Assembly (NCBI GenBank): GCA_030390025.1
Contig: CM059433.1
Coordinates: 7,814,001 to 7,878,000, forward strand
From: Squalus acanthias
Lineage: Eukaryota
DNA: 64,000 bases
Direction: 5' to 3'
Shown: one piece after another, positions 21,182 through 36,100 of the stretch
Numbering within the stretch: position 1 is the first letter of the stretch
Layout: every line of letters begins with the position of its first letter
Notes under the pieces: model-generated
Seen by the model: only the letters and a program-made list of their open reading frames with translations
The model's database searches: none
What the model was told of the DNA's origin: nothing
Position numbers and translations under genes: made by a program

Positions 21182-24100
21182 TCAGTGTGAAGGGTGTTCA
21201 TTCCACAGGACACTCAGTGTGAAGGGAGTTCATTCCACAGGACACTCAGTGTGAAGGGTTTTCATTCCACAGGACACTCAGTGTGAAGGGTTTTCATTCC
21301 ACAGGACACTCAGCGTGAAGGGTGTTCATTCCACAGGACACTCAGTGTGAAGGTTGTTCATTCCACAGGACACTCACTGAAAAGGGTGTTCATTCCACAG
21401 GACACTCACTGTGAAGCGTGTTCATTCCACAGGACACTCACTGAAAAGTGTGTTCATTCCACAGGACACTCACTGTGAAGGGTGTTCATTCCACAGGATA
21501 CTCACTGTGAAGCGTGTTCATTCCACAGGACACTCACTGAAAAGTGTGTTAATTCCACAGGACACTCACTGTGAAGGGTGTTCATTCAACAGGACACTCA
21601 GCGTGAAGGGTGTTCATTCCACAGGACTCTCACTGTGAAGGGTGTTCATTCCACTGGAGACTCAGTGTGAAGGGTGTTCATTCCACAGGACATTCAGTGT
21701 GAAGGGTGTTCATTCCACAGGACACTCAGTGTGAAGGGTGTTCATTCCACAGGACACTCACTGTGAAGGGTGTTCATTCCACAGGACACTCACTGTGAAG
21801 GGTGTTCATTCCACAGGACACTCAGTGTGAAGGGTGCTCATTCCACAGGACACTCAGTGTGAAGGGTGTTCATTCCACAGGACACTCAGTGTGACGCGTG
21901 TTCATTCCACAGGACGCTCACTGTGAAGGGTGTTCATTCCACAGGACACTTAGTGTGAAGGGTGTTCATTCCACAGGACTCTCACTGTGAAGGGTGTTCA
22001 TTCCACTGGAGACTCAGTGTGAAGGGTGTTCATTCCACAGGACATTCAGTGTGAAGGGTGTTCATTCCACAGGACACTCAGTGTGAAGGGTGTTCATTCC
22101 ACAGGACACTCACTGTGAAGGGTGTTCATTCCACAGGACACTCACTGTGAAGGGTGTTCATTCCACAGGACACTCAGTGTGAAGGGTGCTCATTCCACAG
22201 GACACTCAGTGTGAAGGGTGTTCATTCCACAGGACACTCAGTGTGAAGCGTGTTCATTCCACAGGACGCTCACTGTGAAGGGTGTTCATTCCACAGGACA
22301 CTTAGTGTGAAGGGTGTTCATTCCACAGGACACTCAGTGTGAAGGGTGTTCATTCCACAGGACACTTAGTGTGAAGGGTGTTCATTCCACAGGACACTCA
22401 GTGTGAAGGGTGTTCATTCCACTGGATACTCAGTGTGAAGGGTGCTCATTCCACAGGCCACTCAGTGTGAAGGGTGTTCATTCCACAGGACACTCAGTGT
22501 GAAGTGTCATCATTCCACAGGACACTCAGTGTGAAGGGTGTTCATTCCACAGGACACTCAGTGTGAAGGGTGTTCATTCCACAGGACACTCACTGTGAAG
22601 GGTGCTCATTCCACAGGACACTCAGTGTGAAGGGTGTTCATTCCACAGGACACTCAGTGTGAAGGGTGTTCATTCCACAGGATACTCACTGTGAAGGGTG
22701 TTCATTCCACTGGATACTCAGTGTGAAGGGTGCTCATTCCACAGGGCACTCAGTATGAAGGGTGTTCATTCCACAGGACACTCAGTGTGAAGTGTCATCA
22801 TTCCACAGGACACTCAGTGTGAAGGGTGTTCATTCCACAGGACACTCAGTGTGAAGGGTCATCATTCCACAGGACACTCAGTGTGAAGGGTGTTCATTCC
22901 ACAGGACACTCACTGTGAAGGGTGCTCATTCCACAGGACACTCAGTGTGAAGGGTGTTCATTCCACAGGACACTCAGTGTGAAGGGTCATCATTCCACAG
23001 GACACTCAGTGTGAAGGGTGTTCATTCCACAGGACACTCAGTGTGAAGGGTGTTCATTCCACAGGACACTCACTGTGAAGGGTGTTCATTCCACAGGACA
23101 CTCACTGAAAAGGGTGTTCATTCCACAGGACACTCACTGTGAAGCGTGTTCATTCCACAGGACATTCACTGTGAAGGGTGTTCATTCCACAGGACACTCA
23201 GTGTGACGGGTGTTCATTCCACAGGACACTCAGTGTGAAGTGTGTTCATTCCACAGGACACTCAGTGTGAAGGGTGTTTATTCCACAGGACACTCAGTGT
23301 GAAGGGTGTTCATTCCACAGGACACTCACTGTGAAGGGTGTTCATTCCACAGGACACTCACTGAAAAGGGTGTTCATTCCACAGGACACTCACTGTGAAG
23401 CGTGTTCATTACACAGGACACTCACTGAAAAGGGTGTTCATTCCACAGGACACTCAGTGTGAAGGGTGTTCATTCCACAGGACACTCAGTGTGAAGGGTG
23501 TTCCTTCCAGGATACTCAGTGTGAAGGGTGTTCATTCCACAGAACACTCAGTGTGAAGGGTGTTCATTCCACAGGACACTCAGTGTGAAGGGTGTTCATT
23601 CCAGAGGACACTCAGTGTGAAGGGTGTTCATTCCACAGGACACTCAGTGTGAAGGGTGTTCATTCCTAGGACACTCAGTGTGAAGGGTGTTCATTCCACA
23701 GGACACTCAGTGTGACGGGTGTTCCTTCCACAGGCCACTCAGTGTGAAGGGTGTTCATTCCACAGGACACTCACTGTGAAGGGTGTTCATTCCACAGGAC
23801 ACTCACTGTGAAGGGTGTTCATTCCACATGACACTCAGTGTGAAGCGTGTTCTTTCCACAGGACTCTCACTGTGAAGGGTGCTCATTCCACAGGACACTT
23901 AGTGTGAAGGGTGTTCATTCCACAGGACACTCAGTGTGAAGGGTGTTCATTCCACAGGACACTCACTGTGAAGGGTGTTCATTCCACAGGACACTCACTG
24001 AAAAGGGTGTTCATTCCACAGGACACTTACTGTGAAGCGTGTTCATTCCACAGGACACTCACTGAAAAGGGTATTCATTCCACAGGACACTCAGTGTGAA

Positions 24101-27100
24101 GGGAGTTCATTCCACAGGACATTCAGTGTGAAGGGTGTTCATTCCACAGGACACTCAGTGTGAAGGTTGTTCATTCCACAGGACACTCACTGAAAAGGGT
24201 GTTCATTCCACAGGACACTCACTGTGAAGCGTGTTCATTCCACAGGACACTCACTGAAAAGTGTGTTCATTCCACAGGACACTCACTGTGAAGGGTGTTC
24301 ATTCCACAGGATACTCACTGTGAAGCGTGTTCATTCCACAGGACACTCACTGAAAAGTGTGTTAATTCCACAGGACACTCACTGTGAAGGGTGTTCATTC
24401 AACAGGACACTCAGCGTGAAGGGTGTTCATTCCACAGGACTCTCAGCGTGAAGGGTGTTCATTCCACTGGAGACTCAGTGTGAAGGGTGTTCATTCCACA
24501 GGACATTCAGTGTGAAGGGTGTTCATTCCACAGGACACTCAGTGTGAAGGGTGTTCATTCCACAGGACACTCACTGTGAAGGGTGTTCATTCCACAGGAC
24601 ACTCACTGTGAAGGGTGTTCATTCCACAGGACACTCAGTGTGAAGGGTGCTCATTCCACAGGAAACTCAGTGTGAAGGGTGTTCATTCCACAGGACACTC
24701 AGTGTGAAGCGTGTTCATTCCACAGGACGCTCACTGTGAAGGGTGTTCATTCCACAGGACACTTAGTGTGAAGGGTGTTCATTCCACAGGACACTCAGTG
24801 TGAAGGGTGTTCATTCCACAGGACACTTAGTGTGAAGGGTGTTCATTCCACAGGACACTCAGTGTGAAGGGTGTTCATTCCACAGGATACTCAGTGTGAA
24901 GGGTGCTCATTCCACAGGCCACTCAGTGTGAAGGGTGTTCATTCCACAGGACACTCAGTGTGAAGTGTCATCATTCCACAGGACACTCAGTGTGAAGGGT
25001 GTTCATTCCACAGGACACTCAGTGTGAAGGGTGTTCATTCCACAGGACACTCACTGTGAAGGGTGCTCATCCAACAGGACACTCAGTCTGAAGGGTGTTC
25101 ATTCCACAGGACACTCAGTGTGAAGGGTGTTCATTCCACAGGACACTCACTGTGAAGGGTGTTCATTCCACTGGATACTCAGTGTGAAGGGTGCTCATTC
25201 CACAGGACACTCAGTATGAAGGGTGTTCATTCCACAGGACACTCAGTGTGAAGTGTCATCATTCCACAGGACACTCAGTGTGAAGGGTGTTCATTCCACA
25301 GGACACTCAGTGTGAAGGGTCATCATTCCACAGGACACTCAGTGTGAAGGGTGTTCATTCCACAGGACACTCACTGTGAAGGGTGCTCATTCCACAGGAC
25401 ACTCAGTGTGAAGGGTGTTCATTCCACAGGACACTCAGTGTGAAGGGTCATCATTCCACAGGACACTCACTGTGAAGGGTGTTCATTCCACAGGACACTC
25501 AGTGTGAAGGGTGTTCATTCCACAGGACACTCACTGTGAAGGGTGTTCATTCCACAGGACACTCACTGAAAAGGGTGTTCATTCCACAGGACACTCAGTG
25601 TGAAGGGTGTTCATTCCACAGGACATTCACTGTGAAGGGTGTTCATTCCACAGGACACTCAGTGTGACGGGTGTTCATTCCACAGGACACTCAGTGTGAA
25701 GTGTGTTCATTCCACAGGACACTCAGTGTGAAGGGTGTTTATTCCACAGGACACTCAGTGTGAAGGGTGTTCATTCCACAGGACACTCAGTGTGAAGGGT
25801 GTTCATTCCACAGGACACTCACTGAAAAGGGTGTTCATTCCACAGGACACTCACTGTGAAGCGTGTTCATTACACAGGACACTCACTGAAAAGGGTGTTC
25901 ATTCCACAGGACACTCAGTGTGACTGGTGTTCATTCCACAGGACACTCAGTGTGAAGGGTGTTCATTCCACAGGACTTTCAGTGTGAAGGGTGTTCATTC
26001 CACAGGACATTCACTGTGAAGGGTGTTCATTCCACAGGACACTCAGTGTGAAGGGTGTTCGTTCCACAGGACACTCAGTGTGAAGGGTGTTCATTCCACA
26101 TCACACTCAGTGTGAAGGGTGTTCATTCCACAGGACACTCAGTGTGAAGGGTGTTCATTTCACAGGACACTCACTGTGAAGCGTGTTCATTCCACAGGAC
26201 ACTCAGTGTGGAGGGTGTTCATTACATGGACACTCAGTGTGAAGGGTGTTCATTCCACAGGACACTCAGTATGAAGGGTGTTCATTCCACAGGACACTCA
26301 CTGTGAAGGGTGTTCATTCCACAGGACACTCAGTGTGAAGGGTGTTCATTCCACAGGACACTCACTGTGAAGGGTGTTCATTCCACAGGACACTCAGTGT
26401 GAAGGGTGTTCATCCCACATCACACTCAGTGTGAAGGGTGTTCATTCCACAGGACACTCAGTGTGAAGGGTGTTCATTCCCCAGGACACTCAGTGTGAAG
26501 GGTTTTTATTCCACAGGACATTCAGTGTGAAGGGTGTTCATTCCACAGGACACTCAGTGTGAAGGGTTTTTATTCCACAGGACACTCAGTGTGAAGGGTG
26601 TTCATTCCACAGGACACTCACTGTGAAGCTTCTTCATTCCACAGGACACTCAGTGTGAAGGGTGTTCATTCCACAGGACACTCAGTGTGAAGGGTGTTCC
26701 TTCCAGGACACTCAGTGTGAAGGGTGTTCATTCCACAGAACACTCAGTGTGAAGGGTGTTCATTCCACAGGACACTCAGTGTGAAGGGTGTTCATTCCAG
26801 AGGACACTCAGTGTGAAGGGTGTTCATTCCACAGGACACTCAGTGTGAAGGGTGTTCATTCCTAGGACACTCAGTGTGAAGGGTGTTCATTCCACAGGAG
26901 ACAAAGTGTGAAGGGTGTTCCTTCCACAGGCCACTCAGTGTGAAGGGTGTTCATTCCACAGGACACTCACTGTGAAGGGTGTTCATTCCACAGGACACTC
27001 ACTGTGAAGGGTGTTCATTCCACATGACACTCAGTGTGAAGCGTGTTCTTTCCACAGAACTCTCACTGTGAAGGGTGCTCATTCCACAGGACACTTAGTG

Positions 27101-30100
27101 TGAAGGGTGTTCATTCCACAGGACACTCAGTGTGAAGGGTGTTCATTCCACAGGACACTCACTGTGAAGGGTGCTCATTCCACAGGACACTCACTGTGAA
27201 GGGTGTTCATTCCACAGGACACTCACTGAAAAGGGTGTTCATTCCACAGGACACTTACTGTGAAGCGTGTTCATTCCACAGGACACTCACTGAAAAGGGT
27301 ATTCATTCCACAGGACACTCAGTGTGAAGGGAGTTCATTCCACAGGACATTCAGTGTGAAGGGTGTTCATTCCACAGGACACTCAGTGTGAAGGGTGTTC
27401 ATTTCACAGGACACTCACTGTGAAGGGTGTTCATTCCACAGGACACTCACTGAAAAGGGTGTTCATTCCACAGGACACTTACTGTGAAGCGTGTTCATTC
27501 CACAGGACACTCACTGAAAAGGGTATTCATTCCACAGGACACTCAGTGTGAAGGGTGATCATTCCACAGGACACTCAGTGTGAAGGGTGTTCATTCCACA
27601 GGACACACAGTGTGAAGGATGTTCATTCCACAGGACACTCAGTGTGAAGGGTGTTCATTCCACAGGACACTCACTGTGAAGGGTGTTCATTCCACAGGAC
27701 ACTCACTGTGAAGCTTCTTCATTCCACAGGACACTCAGTGTGAAGGGTGTTCATTCCACAGGACACTCAGTGTGAAGGGTGTTCATTCCACAGGACACTC
27801 AGTGTGAAGGGTTTTCATTCCACAGGACACTCAGTGTGAAGGGTGTTCATTCCACAGGACACTCAGTCTGAAGGGTGTTCATTCCACAGGACACTCAGTG
27901 TGAAGGGTGTTCATTCCACAGGACACTCACTGTGAAGGGTGTTCATTCCACAGGACACTCACTGTGAAGAGTGTTAATTCCACAGGACGCTCACTGTGAA
28001 GGGTGTTCATTCCACAGGACACTCAGCGTGAAGGGTATTCATTCCACAGGACACTCAGCGTGAAGGGTGTTCATTCCACAGGACACTCAGTGTGAAGGGT
28101 GTTCATTCCACAGGACACTCAGTGTGAAGGGTGCTCATTGCACAGGACACTCACTGTGAAGGGTGTTCATTCCACAGGACACTCACTGTGAAGGGTGTTC
28201 ATTCCACAGGACACTCAGTGTGAAGGGTGTTCATTCCACAGGACACTCAGTGTGAAGGGTGTTCATTCCACAGGACACTCAGTGTGAAGGGTGTTCATTC
28301 CACAGGACACTCAGTGTGAAGGGTGTTCATTCCACAGGACACTCAGTGTGAAGGGTGTTCATTCCACAGGACACTCAGTGTGAAGGGTGTTCATTCCACA
28401 GGACACTCAGTGTGGAGGGTGTTCATTCCACAGGACACTCAGTGTGAAGGGTGTTCATTCCACAGGACAGTCACTGTGAAGGGTGTTCATTCCACAGGAC
28501 ACTCACTGTGAAGGGTGTTCATTCCACAGGACACTCACTGTGAAGGGTGCTCATTCCACAGGACACTCAGTGTGAAGGGTGTTCATTCCACAGGACACTC
28601 AGTGTGAAGGGTGTTCATTCCACAGGACACTCAGTGTGAAGGGTGTTCATTCCACAGGACACTCACTGTGAAGGGTGTTCATTCCACAGGACACTCAGTG
28701 TGAAGGGTGTTCATTCCACAGGACACTCAGTGTGAAGGGTGTTCATTCCACAGGACTTTCAGTGTGAAGGGTGTTCATTCCACAGGACATTCACTGTGAA
28801 GGGTGTTCATTCCACAGGACACTCAGTGTGAAGGGTGTTCGTTCCACAGGACACTCAGTGTGAAGGGTGTTCATTCCACATCACACTCAGTGTGAAGGGT
28901 GTTCATTCCACAGGACACTCAGTGTGAAGGGTGTTCATTCACAGGACACTCACTGTGAAGCGTGTTCATTCCACAGGACACTCAGTGTGGAGGGTGTTCA
29001 TTCACAGGACACTCAGTGTGAAGGATGTTCATTCCACAGGACACTCAGTGTGAAGGGTGTTCATTCCACAGGACACTCACTGTGAAGGGTGTTCATTCCA
29101 CAGGACACTCAGTGTGAAGGGTGTTCATTCCACAGGACACTCAGTGTGAAGGGTTTTATTCCACAGGACACTCAGTGTGAAGGGTGTTCATTCCACAGGA
29201 CACTCAGTGTGAAGGGTGTTCATTCCACAGGACACTCACTGTGAAGGGTTTTCATTCCACAGGACACTCAGTGTGAAGGGTGTTCATTCCACAGGACACT
29301 CACTGAAAGGGTGTTCATTCCACAGGACACTTACTGTGAAGCGTGTTCATTCCACAGGACACTCACTGAAAGGGTATTCATTCCACAGGACTCTCAGTGT
29401 GAAGGGTGTTCATTCCACAGGACATTCAGTGTGAAGGGTGTTCATTCCACAGGACACTCAGTGTGAAGGGTGTTCATTTCACAGGACACTCACTGTGAAG
29501 GGTGTTCATTCCACAGGACACTCACTGAAAAGGGTGTTCATTCCACAGGACACTTACTGTGAAGCGTGTTCATTCCACAGGACACTTAGTGTGAAGCGTG
29601 TTCATTCCACAGGACACTCACTGAAAAGGGTGTTCATTCCACAGGACACTTACTGTGAAGCGTGTTCATTCCACAGGACACTCACTGAAAAGGGTATTCA
29701 TTCCACAGGACACTCAGTGTGAAGGGTGATCATTCCACAGGACACTCAGTGTGAAGGGTGTTCATTCCACAGGACACACAGTGTGAAGGATGTTCATTCC
29801 ACAGGACACACAGTGTGAAGGGTGTTCATTCCACAGGACACTCACTGTGAAGGGTGTTCATTCCACAGGACACTCAGTGTGAAGGGTGTTCATTCCACAG
29901 GACACTCAGTGTGAAGGGTGTTCATTCCACAGGACACTCAGTGTGAAGGGTGTTCATTCCACAGGACACTCAGTGTGAAGGGTTTTCATTCCACAGGACA
30001 CTCAGTGTGAAGGGTGTTCATTCCACAGGACACTCACTGTGAAGCTTCTTCATTCCACAGGACACTCAGTGTGAAGGGTGTTCATTCCACAGGACACTCA

Positions 30101-33100
30101 GTGTGAAGGGTGTTCATTCCCAGGACACTCAGTGTGAAGGGTGTTCATTCCACAGGACACTCAGTGTGAAGGGTGTTCATTCCACAGGACACTCAGTGTG
30201 AAGGGTGTTCATTCCACAGGACACTCAGTGTGAAGGGTGTTCATTCCACAGGACACTCAGTGTGAAGGGTGTTCATTCCACAGGACACTCAGTGTGAAGG
30301 GTGTTCATTCCACAGGACACTCAGTGTGAAGGGTGTTCATTCCACAGGACACTCAGTGTGAAGGGTGTTCATTCCACAGGACACTCACTGTGAAGGGTGT
30401 TCATTCCACAGGACACTCACTGTGAAGGGTGTTCATTCCACAGGACACTCAGTGTGAAGCGTGTTCATTCCACAGACACTCACTGTGAAGGGTGCTCATT
30501 CCACAGGACACTTAGTGTGAAGGGTGTTCATTCCACAGGACACTCAGTGTGAAGGGTGTTCATTCCACAGGACACTCACTGTGAAGGGTGTTCATTCCAC
30601 AGGACACTCACTGTGAAGGGTGTTCATTCCACAGGACACTCACTGAAAAGGGTGTTCATTCCACAGGACACTTACTGTGAAGCGTGTTCATTCCACAGGA
30701 CACTCACTGAAAAGGGTATTCATTCCACAGGACACTCAGTGTGAAGGGAGTTCATTCCACAGGACATTCAGTGTGAAGGGTGTTCATTCCACAGGACACT
30801 CAGTGTGAAGGGTGTTCATTTCACAGGACACTCACTGTGAAGGGTGTTCATTCCACAGGACACTCACTGAAAAGGGTGTTCATTCCACAGGACACTTACT
30901 GTGAAGCGTGTTCATTCCACAGGACACTCACTGAAAGGGTATTCATTCCACAGGACACTCAGTGTGAAGGGTGTTCATTCCACAGGACACTCAGTGTGAA
31001 GGGTGTTCATTCCACAGGACACTCAGTGTGAAGGTGTTCATTCCACAGGACACTCAGTGTGAAGGGTGTTCATTCCACAGGACACTCACTGTGAAGGGTG
31101 TTCATTCCACAGGACACTCACTGTGAAGGTGTTCATTCCACAGGACACTCAGTGTGAAGGGTGTTCATTCCACAGGACACTCAGTGTGAAGGGTGTTCAT
31201 TCCACAGGACACTCAGTGTGAAGGGTTTTCATTCCACAGGACACTCAGTGTGAAGGGTGTTCATTCCACAGGACACTCAGTGTGAAGGGTGTTCATTCCA
31301 CAGGACACTCAGTGTGAAGGGTGTTCATTCCACAGGACACTCACTGTGAAGGGTGTTCATTCCACAGGACACTCACTGTGAAGGGTGTTCATTCCACAGG
31401 ACACTCACTGTGAAGGGTGTTCATTCCACAGGACACTCAGCGTGAAGGGTGTTCATTCCACAGGACACTCAGCGTGAAGGGTGTTCATTCCACAGGACAC
31501 TCAGTGTGAAGGGTGTTCATTCCACAGGACACTCAGTGTGAAGGGTGCTCATTGCACAGGACACTCACTGTGAAGGGTGTTCATTCCACAGGACACTCAC
31601 TGTGAAGGGTGTTCATTCCACAGGACACTCAGTGTGAAGGGTGTTCATTCCACAGGACACTCAGTGTGAAGGGTGTTCATTCCACAGGACACTCAGTGTG
31701 AAGGGTGTTCATTCCACAGGACACTCAGTGTGAAGGGTTTTCATTCCACAGGACACTCAGTGTGAAGGGTGTTCATTCCACAGGACACTCAGTGTGAAGG
31801 GTGTTCATTTCACAGGACACTGAGTGTGGAGGGTGTTCATTCCACAGGACACTCAGTGTGAAGGGTGTTCATTCCACAGGACACTCACTGTGAAGGGTGT
31901 TCATTCCACAGGACACTCACTGTGAAGGGTGTTCATTCCACAGGACACTCACTGTGAAGGGTGTTCATTCCACAGGACACTCAGTGTGAAGGGTGTTCAT
32001 TCCACAGGACACTCAGTGTGAAGGGTGTTCATTCCACAGGACACTCAGTGTGAAGGGTGTTCATTCCACAGGACACTCACTGTGAAGGGTGTTCATTCCA
32101 CAGGACACTCAGTGTGAAGGGTGTTCATTCCACAGGACACTCAGTGTGAAGGGTGTTCATTCCACAGGACACTCAGTGTGAAGGGTGTTCATTCCACAGG
32201 ACACTCACTGTGAAGGGTGTTCATTCCACAGGACACTCAGTGTGAAGGGTGTTCATTCCACAGGACACTCAGTGTGAAGGGTGTTCATTCCACAGACACT
32301 CAGTGTGAAGGGTGTTCATTCCACAGGACACTCAGTGTGAAGGGTGTTCATTCACAGGACACTCACTGTGAAGCGTGTTCATTCCACAGGACACTCAGTG
32401 TGAGGGTGTTCATTCACATGGACACTCAGTGTGAAGGATGTTCATTCCACAGGACACTCAGTGTGAAGGGTGTTCATTCCACAGGACACTCACTGTGAAG
32501 GGTGTTCATTCCACAGGACACTCAGTGTGAAGGGTGTTCATTCCACAGGACACTCAGTGTGAAGGGTTTTTATTCCACAGGACACTCAGTGTGAAGGGTG
32601 TTCATTCCACAGGACACTCAGTGTGAAGGGTGTTCATTCCACAGGACACTCACTGTGAAGGGTTTTCATTCCACAGGACACTCAGTGTGAAGGGTGTTCA
32701 TTCCACAGGACACTCACTGAAAAGGGTGTTCATTCCACAGGACACTTACTGTGAAGCGTGTTCATTCCACAGGACACTCACTGAAAAGGGTATTCATTCC
32801 ACAGGACACTCAGTGTGAAGGGAGTTCATTCCACAGGACATTCAGTGTGAAGGGTGTTCATTCCACAGGACACTCAGTGTGAAGGGTGTTCATTTCACAG
32901 GACACTCACTGTGAAGGGTGTTCATTCCACAGGACACTCACTGAAAAGGGTGTTCATTCCACAGGACACTTACTGTGAAGCGTGTTCATTCCACAGGACA
33001 CTTAGTGTGAAGCGTGTTCATTCCACAGGACACTCACTGAAAAGGGTGTTCATTCCACAGGACACTTACTGTGAAGCGTGTTCATTCCACAGGACACTCA

Positions 33101-36100
33101 CTGAAAAGGGTATTCATTCCACAGGACACTCAGTGTGAAGGGTGATCATTCCACAGGACACTCAGTGTGAAGGGTGTTCATTCCACAGGACACACAGTGT
33201 GAAGGATGTTCATTCCACAGGACACTCAGTGTGAAGGGTGTTCATTCCACAGGACACTCACTGTGAAGGTTGTTCATTCCACAGGACACTCAGTGTGAAG
33301 GGTGTTCATTCCACAGGACACTCAGTGTGAAGGGTGTTCATTCCACAGGACACTCAGTGTGAAGGGTTTTCATTCCACAGGACACTCAGTGTGAAGGGTG
33401 TTCATTCCACAGGACACTCAGTGTGAAGGGTGTTCATTCCACAGGACACTCAGTGTGAAGGGTGTTCATTCCACAGGACACTCACTGTGAAGGGTGTTCA
33501 TTCCACAGGACACTCACTGTGAAGGTGTTCATTCCACAGGACGCTCACTGTGAAGGGTGTTCATTCCACAGGACACTCAGCGTGAAGGGTGTTCATTCCA
33601 CAGGACACTCAGCGTGAAGGGTGTTCATTCCACAGGACACTCAGTGTGAAGGGTGTTCATTCCACAGGACACTCAGTGTGAAGGGTGCTCATTGCACAGG
33701 ACACTCACTGTGAAGGGTGTTCATTCCACAGGACACTCACTGTGAAGGGTGTTCATTCCACAGGACACTCAGTGTGAAGGGTGTTCATTCCACAGGACAC
33801 TCAGTGTGAAGGGTGTTCATTCCACAGGACACTCAGTGTGAAGGGTGTTCATTCCACAGGACACTCACTGTGAAGGGTGTTCTTTCCACAGGACTCTCAC
33901 TGTGAAGGGTGCTCATTCCACAGGACACTCAGTGTGAAGGGTGTTCATTCCACAGGACACTCAGTGTGAAGGGTTTTTATTCCACAGGACACTCAGTGTG
34001 AAGGGTGTTCATTCCACAGGACACTCAGTGTGAAGGGTGTTCATTCCACAGGACACTCAGTGTGAAGGGTGTTCATTCCACAGGACACTCACTGTGAAGG
34101 GTTTTCATTCCACAGGACACTCAGTGTGAAGGGTGTTCATTCCACAGGACACTCACTGAAAAGGGTGTTCATTCCACAGGACACTTACTGTGAAGCGTGT
34201 TCATTCCACAGGACACTCACTGAAAAGGGTATTCATTCCACAGGACACTCAGTGTGAAGGGAGTTCATTCCACAGGACATTCAGTGTGAAGGGTGTTCAT
34301 TCCACAGGACACTCAGTGTGAAGGGTGTTCATTTCACAGGACACTCACTGTGAAGGGTGTTCATTCCACAGGACACTCACTGAAAAGGGTGTTCATTCCA
34401 CAGGACACTTACTGTGAAGCGTGTTCATTCCACAGGACACTTAGTGTGAAGCGTGTTCATTCCACAGGACACTCACTGAAAAGGGTGTTCATTCCACAGG
34501 ACACTTACTGTGAAGCGTGTTCATTCCACAGGACACTCACTGAAAAGGGTATTCATTCCACAGGACACTCAGTGTGAAGGGTGATCATTCCACAGGACAC
34601 TCAGTGTGAAGGGTGTTCATTCCACAGGACACACAGTGTGAAGGATGTTCATTCCACAGGACACTCAGTGTGAAGGGTGTTCATTCCACAGGACACTCAC
34701 TGTGAAGGGTGTTCATTCCACAGGACACTCAGTGTGAAGGGTGTTCATTCCACAGGACACTCAGTGTGAAGGGTGTTCATTCCACAGGACACTCAGTGTG
34801 AAGGGTGTTCATTCCACAGGACACTCAGTGTGAAGGGTGTTCATTCCACAGGACACTCAGTGTGAAGGGTGTTCATTCCACAGGACACTCAGTGTGAAGG
34901 GTGTTCATTCCACAGGACACTCACTGTGAAGGGTGTTCATTCCACAGGACACTCACTGTGAAGAGTGTTAATTCCACAGGACGCTCACTGTGAAGGGTGT
35001 TCATTCCACAGGACACTCAGCGTGAAGGGTATTCATTCCACAGGACACTCAGCGTGAAGGGTGTTCATTCCACAGGACACTCAGTGTGAAGGGTGTTCAT
35101 TCCACAGGACACTCAGTGTGAAGGGTGCTCATTGCACAGGACACTCACTGTGAAGGGTGTTCATTCCACAGGACACTCACTGTGAAGGGTGTTCATTCCA
35201 CAGGACACTCAGTGTGAAGGGTGTTCATTCCACAGGACACTCAGTGTGAAGGGTGTTCATTCCACAGGACACTCAGTGTGAAGGGTGTTCATTCCACAGG
35301 ACACTCAGTGTGAAGGGTGTTCATTCCACAGGACACTCAGTGTGAAGGGTGTTCATTCCACAGGACACTCAGTGTGAAGGTGTTCATTCCACAGGACACT
35401 CAGTGTGAAGGGTGTTCATTCCACAGGACACTCAGTGTGAAGGGTGTTCATTCCACAGGACACTCACTGTGAAGGGTGTTCATTCCACAGGACACTCACT
35501 GTGAAGGGTGTTCATTCCACAGGACACTCACTGTGAAGGGTGTTCATTCCACAGGACACTCAGTGTGAAGGGTGTTCATTCCACAGGACACTCACTGTGA
35601 AGGGTGTTCATTCCACAGGACACTCAGTGTGAAGGGTGTTCATTCCACAGGACACTCAGTGTGAAGGGTGTTCATTCCACAGGACACTCAGTGTGAAGGG
35701 TGTTCATTCCACAGGACACTCAGTGTGAAGGGTGTTCATTCCACAGGACACTCACTGTGAAGGGTGTTCATTCCACAGGACACTCACTGTGAAGGGTGTT
35801 CATTCCACAGGACACTCACTGAAAGGGTGTTCATTCCACAGGACACTCAGTGTGAAGGGTGTTCATTCCACAGGACACTCAGTGTGAAGGGTGTTCATTC
35901 CACAGGACACTCAGTGTGAAGGGTGTTCATTCCACAGGACACTCTGTGTGAAGGGTGTTCATTCCACAGGACACTCAGTGTGAAGGGTGTTCATTCCACA
36001 GGACACTCACTGAAAGTGTGTTCATTCCACAGGACACTCACTGTGAAGCGTGTTCATTCCACTGGACACTCACTGAAAAGGGTGTTCATTCCACAGGACA

